This document shows positions 7,834 through 12,635 of a stretch of 12,635 nt of DNA, one piece after another. A model generated the notes under the pieces. It did no database searches, was not told the DNA's origin, and saw only the letters and a list, made by a program, of their open reading frames with translations. The position numbers and the translations under genes were made by a program. Positions within the stretch are counted from its first letter, which is position 1. Each line of letters opens with the position of its first letter. The DNA is from Chlamydiota bacterium (GTDB taxonomy: Bacteria; Chlamydiota; Chlamydiia; Chlamydiales; SM23-39). The stretch covers positions 1 through 12,635 of the forward strand of contig JBCDEZ010000039.1 in assembly GCA_039179045.1 (NCBI GenBank), read 5' to 3'.

Positions 7834-8662
7834 CGAGACGCAAAGGGGAGATCTCGTCGATATGGGTCGCACTTTTTTTGCGTAAAAATACCCGATCGAG
7901 CCCGACCGAGACGCCTGCGCAAGGGGGAAGCTGCTCTGAGGCTTGCAGAAACTCCTCATCGATCTCGTAAGCAGGATTTCCCGCAGCGGTTCGTAGAGCA
8001 TTTTGCTCTTCGAGCCGGCCGCGCAAGGTCTTTGAGCAGCTGCATTCGACAAATCCGTTGGCAAGTTCCAGGCCCCGCATGTAGATTTCAAAGCGTTGCG
8101 CTGTTCCTTCTTCGACGCGCGCTAAAGAAGCCGCTTCGGGAGGATAGTCGGTGATGACGCAGATCTCTTGCTTGCGAAGCTCTGGCACGACAAAGGCATC
8201 GAAAAGCTCTTCTTTCGTGCGTAAGTCATCTTGGGGAACGTAGCGCCAGAGATCTTGGAAGCGTGCATAGCGCACCTCGAGCGGTCCCAGCAGGTGTTGC
8301 AGCAATGCGAGCGTCTCATCGATCAGCGCTTGGTAGCCAAAGCCGATCCGGTACCACTCGACCATCAGAAATTCGGGAGTATGGTATCTACCCGACTCCC
8401 CCTTACGAAAGACGTGCGCGATCTGGTAGATATCACGTGGAACCTGACTCAACACCTTTTTCATGGCATACTCGGGAGAGGTGTGCAAGAAGCCCGAAGA
8501 GGTCTCCATGGGATGGATGTAGGCATCGATCTGCGCTTTGGGAATGAGCAGGGGAAGATCGACTTCGAGAAAGGATCGATGGGAAAAAAAGGCACGCACA
8601 TCGACAAGAAAAGCGGCTCTTTCTTCCAGCAGTTCTTCCAAAGGATTAGATGCGCGAGACAT
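7811..8662 (-). CDS. epmA: EF-P lysine-34 (R)-beta-lysine ligase EpmA (GenX/PoxA/YjeA), compact form
   Basis: Class II aaRS catalytic core without an anticodon domain: 'FLEVDLP', 'LHTSPEYAMK', 'FRKGESGRYHTPEFLMVEWYR', 'RFEIYMRGLELANGF', 'PPCAGVSVGLDR'. Its start overlaps the efp 3' end and is preceded by GGGAG. Confidence 0.93.
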   Translation of the reverse strand: MSRASNPLEELLEERAAFLVDVRAFFSHRSFLEVDLPLLIPKAQIDAYIHPMETSSGFLHTSPEYAMKKVLSQVPRDIYQIAHVFRKGESGRYHTPEFLMVEWYRIGFGYQALIDETLALLQHLLGPLEVRYARFQDLWRYVPQDDLRTKEELFDAFVVPELRKQEICVITDYPPEAASLARVEEGTAQRFEIYMRGLELANGFVECSCSKTLRGRLEEQNALRTAAGNPAYEIDEEFLQASEQLPPCAGVSVGLDRVFLRKKSATHIDEISPLRLVTQSLAQ

Positions 8663-9212
8663 ATTCTCCCGTGCGTGTATCGACCTTGATGTGCTCCCCT
8701 TCTTGGATAAAAATGGGGATTTGTACTTTAGCGCCTGTTTCGAGAAGGGCTGGTTTGAGTACCCTGCCCGATGCGGTGTCTCCCTTCACACCTGGGGCAG
8801 TCTCGGTAACTTGTAGCTCCATGAATGTAGGAGGGGTTACATCGATTGCATTGCCTTTGTAGAAGATCACATCGTAGGCGATATCCTCTTTCATCCAGCT
8901 CAGGTGCGCCTCTAAGACGGCTTTGGAAATATGCGTCTGGTCGAAGGTCTCCTCATTCATGAAGACCCCCCCTTCTTGTTCCATATATAAAAGGCGCATA
9001 GCCACCTCTTCGATGTCGGCTAAAGTCAGTTTTTCTCCCGATTTCCAGGTCTTTTCGAGGACGCGTCCAGTGAGGAAGTTTTTTAGCTTGATCCGGTTGA
9101 ATGCCTGACCTTTTCCTGGTTTGACAAACTCATTTTGAATGACGAGATAAGGTCCATTTTCCCATTCGATCTTCATTCCGGGGCGTATATCGTTTGTCGC
9201 AATCTGTGCCAT
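8646..9212 (-). CDS. efp: Translation elongation factor P (PGKG loop type)
   Basis: 'FVKPGKGQAF', 'TAPGVKGDTA' and 'LETGAKVQIPIFIQEGEHIKVDTRTGEYVSR'. Start at ATG 9212, preceded by GAGG. 188 aa. Confidence 0.97.
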   Translation of the reverse strand: MAQIATNDIRPGMKIEWENGPYLVIQNEFVKPGKGQAFNRIKLKNFLTGRVLEKTWKSGEKLTLADIEEVAMRLLYMEQEGGVFMNEETFDQTHISKAVLEAHLSWMKEDIAYDVIFYKGNAIDVTPPTFMELQVTETAPGVKGDTASGRVLKPALLETGAKVQIPIFIQEGEHIKVDTRTGEYVSRI

Positions 9213-9289
9213 ACTTTTTCCTCGATAAATAAATTCGATTATGCAGATTATTCTGAATAAGCTCAATTGTTGTAACTAAGGAATCAGGC

Positions 9290-10129
9290 ATGCAGGAAAA
9301 ATCTTCAGACCCGACGATGGAGTCGGTCATTGCGTTGGATACTTTGGAAAGGTATTCAGGGTCCCCCCCAAAAAACTTTCAATCGAACCTCATTTTAACG
9401 AATTTCCCCAAGTACGTGGAATACTTTGCTAAAAGTCGCCAGGTGCCCGTTTTGGAGGGCTCGATGTTCAAAGTGGCGCACTGCGAGGAAGAGGAGATCT
9501 CGATCTTGGACTTCAAAATTGGTTCTCCGGCTGCCGCCCTTGTTGTCGATATCTGTTCTTTTCTTCCGATAAGAGCGGCGGTCTTACTCGGTATCTGCGG
9601 AGGATTGCGTAGGCGCTACCAGGTAGGGGAATACCTAGTTCCTGTAGCGAGTATCCGAGGTGAGGGGACCTCCGATTTTTATTTCTCTTCCGAAGTGCCG
9701 GCTCTTGCGAATTTCCTCATGCAAAAAGCGGTTACTGAAGTTCTCGAGGAAAAGGACATTTCCTACCACATCGGAATCACCTATACGACAAACATGCGTT
9801 TTTGGGAGTTCAATGAGCCCTTCATCGAAGAGCTCAAGCGGACAAAAGCGCAAGCGATTGAAATGGAGTGTGCGACCATTTTTGCGGGGAGCTACTACCG
9901 AAAATTTACCGTGGGCGCTCTTTTGCGGATCTCTGATCTTCCCCTCATGAAAAAGGGGATCAAAACCAAAGAAAGCTCCGATACTTTTTTCCGAGAGCAT
10001 ACAAAAGAACATGTAGAGACGGGTATACTTGTCTTGCGCCGTGCAAGACAGATGCAATCGCGAAAGATCAAAGGCGCCTACCATCGCAATCTTCCCCGTG
10101 AGATTGTCGAGAGGAAAAGTTTTCTATAG
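9290..10129 (+). CDS. amn: AMP nucleosidase, short Bacteroidota/Chlamydiota type (PNP/UDP phosphorylase fold)
   Basis: 'LERYSG', 'ILTNF', 'FKIGSPAAALVVD', 'LGICGGL', 'IRGEGTSDFY', 'YTTNMRFWE', 'AIEMECAT' and 'GALLRISDLP...GIKT'. Divergent from efp across a 77-nt gap. Confidence 0.9.
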   Translation: MQEKSSDPTMESVIALDTLERYSGSPPKNFQSNLILTNFPKYVEYFAKSRQVPVLEGSMFKVAHCEEEEISILDFKIGSPAAALVVDICSFLPIRAAVLLGICGGLRRRYQVGEYLVPVASIRGEGTSDFYFSSEVPALANFLMQKAVTEVLEEKDISYHIGITYTTNMRFWEFNEPFIEELKRTKAQAIEMECATIFAGSYYRKFTVGALLRISDLPLMKKGIKTKESSDTFFREHTKEHVETGILVLRRARQMQSRKIKGAYHRNLPREIVERKSFL

Positions 10130-10392
10130 CAGAGCATTTTGTGCGCCGAGCTCTACTGCCTTTGCATGCAAAATCTGCGCAAAGCGCCTCTTTCTTGAGC
10201 TTTTCTCTCTTCGATTCGGTTTTTTGGAGGGTTGGCTCGTTCGTGTTTGAGAGGGTGCTCTCGTTTTTTACGAGTAGGGATGTCCCCGCTTTTCTGAGGC
10301 TTAGAGGCATTTTTCGTCTGGGCAAATTCTTTTTCCTTCTCTTTCTGTGACAAGAAGTTCGACTACCGAAGTTTGGGGAGCTATTTTTCTCA

Positions 10393-10446
10393 AAATTGGT
10401 CGAGAATTTGGACCGATTTCAACAAATAATTAAAATTATAATTATT
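10393..10446 (+). promoter_or_regulatory. Putative promoter with overlapping inverted repeats upstream of the 566-aa orphan
   Basis: TTGGAC(10408-10413)-17 nt-TAAAAT(10431-10436), and a perfect TATAAT at 10437-10442. Inverted repeats are AAATTGGTC/GACCGATTT (10393-10401/10411-10419, one mismatch) and AATAATTA/TAATTATT (10425-10432/10439-10446). Confidence 0.4.
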
Positions 10447-10496
10447 CACTCCTTCGTAAGGATGTTTTTAAAAATTCTCGCGGAAAAGGTGTATAC

Positions 10497-12197
10497 ATGA
10501 TAAAATCAATTGCGCATATGCAAAAATTCAGAGGTTGTATGTTGTCTATTTTTCCATCTTACTCGGGTATTTGTGGGTTTGTAAAAAGCGCTCTCATGCC
10601 GAAATTTGACTCTGAAGACGATGTTCCCGATGTTCCCGAACAGATCTCCGATTGCTTTTTGCGCCTTCTGAGGGATTTTGATAAAAACCGCACGGTTTTT
10701 TCTTCCTCTGAACGCTATATTGCGGAGCGCATTTCCTCTGCGATTCTTTTGGTCGCCACAGTTGTTACTGCGGTTGTTTTTTTCTTTTTTGGCGCATTTT
10801 TTCATGTTTGTTCGAAGACAAGGAAAGAGATGCCCGTCATCTCTCCAGAGTCTGTTGCAAGAGCATGGAATTTCTACCGAGAACAGATCCCAAACTTGCA
10901 GGAACTTGCAAGGGCGTTGAAGGATAGTCTGAGCAAGTACGAAACGCGAACTTCTCAGAAATCCCGGTCGCCTGCGGAGAACTTCGATCCTATAGCGGGG
11001 AAGTTCGATCCTATGAAAGAGTCCATAGAAAATCGGTGTAGACGCTGCCAAATAGAGTGGGAATTGAACCCTGATTGCAGAGAAAATCTACAAGATGCTT
11101 TTTGCAACATATTGCCCTCGTTCTACTCGCTGCCTATCTTGCCAGACCAAAGAGTGCCCGACGATCTCGTACCTATTTTGGCAAGCTACTTGAAAAAAGA
11201 TCTAGAGGGAAAAAAACGGGAAAAACAGAAGATGCTCTGCTATTCTTTGGTTTTCCAATGCTGCTTTTCTAAGCAAAGCGCTTCTTTTGTAGGGGATACG
11301 TCCGACCTAATCCGGAATTTATCCGATGCCTGTCAGAAGAAAAAGGACTGGGAAATGAGCTTTATTATTGAAAAAGCCAAGGCTTTTGCTACGGTCCAAA
11401 AAGGGCTGGTTGCGGAAACGTGGGCACAAAAGGTGAAGTTCGATACGGAGATTCAGAGGAAAAAAGATTCCTTCTTGCAGTCCCTAATAGATCAGGGTAC
11501 TTATGAAATAATGGCAGTGCGAAACGATATCGAACCTCGTCTAAAGAATGTATCTTTTTCTGGCAATGCGTTTTGTAGATATTGCATCGAGCGTTATGTC
11601 CAGTTGATCCCTCAAAGAGATCTTGCCAAAAAGTTTCGTGAAAGCATCTGTGAGAAGCTCTCCCAAAATCAGGAGCCTATTAACATTGTGAAAAGTGCTT
11701 TGAACATACCTCGTATGGATCTTTTGCTGCATCTTCTGCTGAAGTGCAAGTATGACGATGCTAGTCATAAGCAAACTTTTCTACAAACTTTGCATTCTTG
11801 GGGTTATAGGCATGACGAAACGTGGAATGGGAAAATCACAAATAGCTTTCAATCTAACAATGGTAATGCAGATGCAAGGCTTTCAGTTGCCCCGGTTTCC
11901 TGCCAGTATCAGGGGGACAGTTGGGATAAAAACAGGCGAACACGGCTTGTGAATAGTATCCGCATAAATATTTCTACCAATATGGCTGCAGAGGCTGGGA
12001 GTCTGTATGAAAGAGCTGCCTTTACGTACTTCATGTTGGTTGGCTATGCCAAGCGCATGAAGTGCGCAGGTTTTCCTGATGCTGTTATTTCCCAGGTTCG
12101 CGAACAAGTATTGGGAGACATTTGGTCTCAGATTATCTCAAACGTTGAAGGTAAGGAGGTCATCTCAAGAATACAAGACGAAAAAGTCTCAACATAG
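10497..12197 (+). CDS. Hypothetical protein (566 aa) with one hydrophobic segment, candidate host-interacting or secreted protein
   Basis: Long uninterrupted ORF with an AT-rich promoter-like upstream region. Hydrophobic stretch 'ISSAILLVATVVTAVVFFFFGAFF' at about aa 79-102, then largely helical, charged sequence with no motif I recognise. Alternative ATG starts at 10518 and 10539. Confidence 0.8.
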   Translation: MIKSIAHMQKFRGCMLSIFPSYSGICGFVKSALMPKFDSEDDVPDVPEQISDCFLRLLRDFDKNRTVFSSSERYIAERISSAILLVATVVTAVVFFFFGAFFHVCSKTRKEMPVISPESVARAWNFYREQIPNLQELARALKDSLSKYETRTSQKSRSPAENFDPIAGKFDPMKESIENRCRRCQIEWELNPDCRENLQDAFCNILPSFYSLPILPDQRVPDDLVPILASYLKKDLEGKKREKQKMLCYSLVFQCCFSKQSASFVGDTSDLIRNLSDACQKKKDWEMSFIIEKAKAFATVQKGLVAETWAQKVKFDTEIQRKKDSFLQSLIDQGTYEIMAVRNDIEPRLKNVSFSGNAFCRYCIERYVQLIPQRDLAKKFRESICEKLSQNQEPINIVKSALNIPRMDLLLHLLLKCKYDDASHKQTFLQTLHSWGYRHDETWNGKITNSFQSNNGNADARLSVAPVSCQYQGDSWDKNRRTRLVNSIRINISTNMAAEAGSLYERAAFTYFMLVGYAKRMKCAGFPDAVISQVREQVLGDIWSQIISNVEGKEVISRIQDEKVST

Positions 12198-12225
12198 GTG
12201 CGCAAAATCATCGGCATATCCATTT

Positions 12226-12596
12226 TATACCCAATCCAATTGAAGAATTGGGTTAGACAGAAGAATAGAGATGAAATCGATTTGTAATTCGTTTCTTCAG
12301 TTGGTGCAAAATCTCTGTACTAGGTGAGGACAAACTCTCCAAAAATCCCATCACCGCATGCTTGAACGCAGAAAATTTTTCGTAATATTTGTTCGACAAC
12401 ACTTTCTCATTCATACATTTCCAAAGCCGCTCAATGGGATGTGGATTCAGACTGTATGGAGGTAAAAAACGGAGTTCCATTCTAGAGTTTTTTCAATAGT
12501 CTTGAATAAATCGGTTTTTATAATAATGCGCATTGTCAGAAAATAGATAAATCTTCACAAAATTTTCATACGATTTTTCTATTTTCTTAAAAAATG
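12226..12596 (-). mobile_element. IS630-family (Tc1/mariner superfamily) element, decayed 3' part
   Basis: Minus strand reads FFKKIEKSYENFVKIYLFSDNAHYYKNRFIQDY*KNSRMELRFLPPYSLNPHPIERLWK...ITNRFHLYSSV*. It carries the DNA(xxH) and LPPYSP.LNPIE.LW DDE motifs in degenerate form, with an in-frame TGA at 12493-12495. Likely right end at TATA 12226-12229, consistent with the TA target of IS630. Confidence 0.88.
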
Positions 12597-12635
12597 GGCC
12601 TTGTTGAAAAAATCAAATTTTCAGACCAACCAGGA
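12597..12635 (-). mobile_element. Terminal inverted repeat (probable right end) of an IS5-family, IS903-group element, continuing beyond the window
   Basis: 12597-12614 GGCCTTGTTGAAAAAATC matches the IS903 18-bp IR as I recall it (GGCTTTGTTGAATAAATC) at 16/18 positions. It sits exactly where IS630 similarity stops. The minus strand ends in ...S-W-L-V-stop (12621-12623) just inside the IR. Confidence 0.65.

Noticed and set aside
319..10153. Apparent excess of the palindrome GAGCTC (12 sites counted by eye) and frequent AGATCT/AGCGCT
   Set aside because: Mostly inside coding regions and explainable by codon-pair usage such as GAG-CTC. A genome-wide Markov-model test would be needed before suggesting a methylation or HIP-like motif.
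10068..10353. Small Lys/Glu/Arg-rich minus-strand ORFs (10068-10325, 10153-10353) after amn
   Set aside because: TTG starts, no recognisable motif, competing overlapping frames, and composition explained by strand purine skew. A small or decayed gene cannot be excluded.
369..11952. Numerous 60-180 aa ORFs antisense or out of frame within the long genes (for example 1015-1455, 7564-8091, 8231-8689, 9635-10084, 10506-11051)
   Set aside because: They are shadow ORFs of well-supported genes and carry no independent motifs.
12493..12495. In-frame TGA in the IS630 transposase as a sign of recoding or an alternative genetic code
   Set aside because: TGA terminates nadE and epmA normally, Trp is encoded by TGG, and the transposase has other degenerate motif changes, so this is ordinary decay.
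1..12635. tRNA, rRNA, CRISPR array or known riboswitch
   Set aside because: No cloverleaf/T-loop context, no regularly spaced direct repeats and no recognisable aptamer consensus found by eye.

Overview
Chromosomal window, most likely from an environmental (non-Chlamydiaceae) member of the Chlamydiota. This is inferred from the divergent efp/amn pair, the chlamydial-style orphan proteins and the presence of htpG, nadE and epmA. The housekeeping backbone is mscS-family (+), htpG (-), an NSS/SNF-family Na+ symporter (-), glutamine-dependent nadE (+), efp-epmA (-) and AMP nucleosidase (+). Two accessory patches are present. (1) 2940-4499 looks like scattered short ORFs but resolves into two tandem, diverged paralogs about 800 nt apart, each split across reading frames at or near slippage-prone runs. 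(2) 10497-12635 is more AT-rich and holds a 566-aa orphan with one hydrophobic segment, then a decayed IS630 transposase cut off exactly at an IS903-like terminal inverted repeat (nested IS). Also notable are a bipartite inverted repeat between the transporter and nadE, and an unusually compact EpmA with no epmB in the window. No rRNA, tRNA or CRISPR array was seen.
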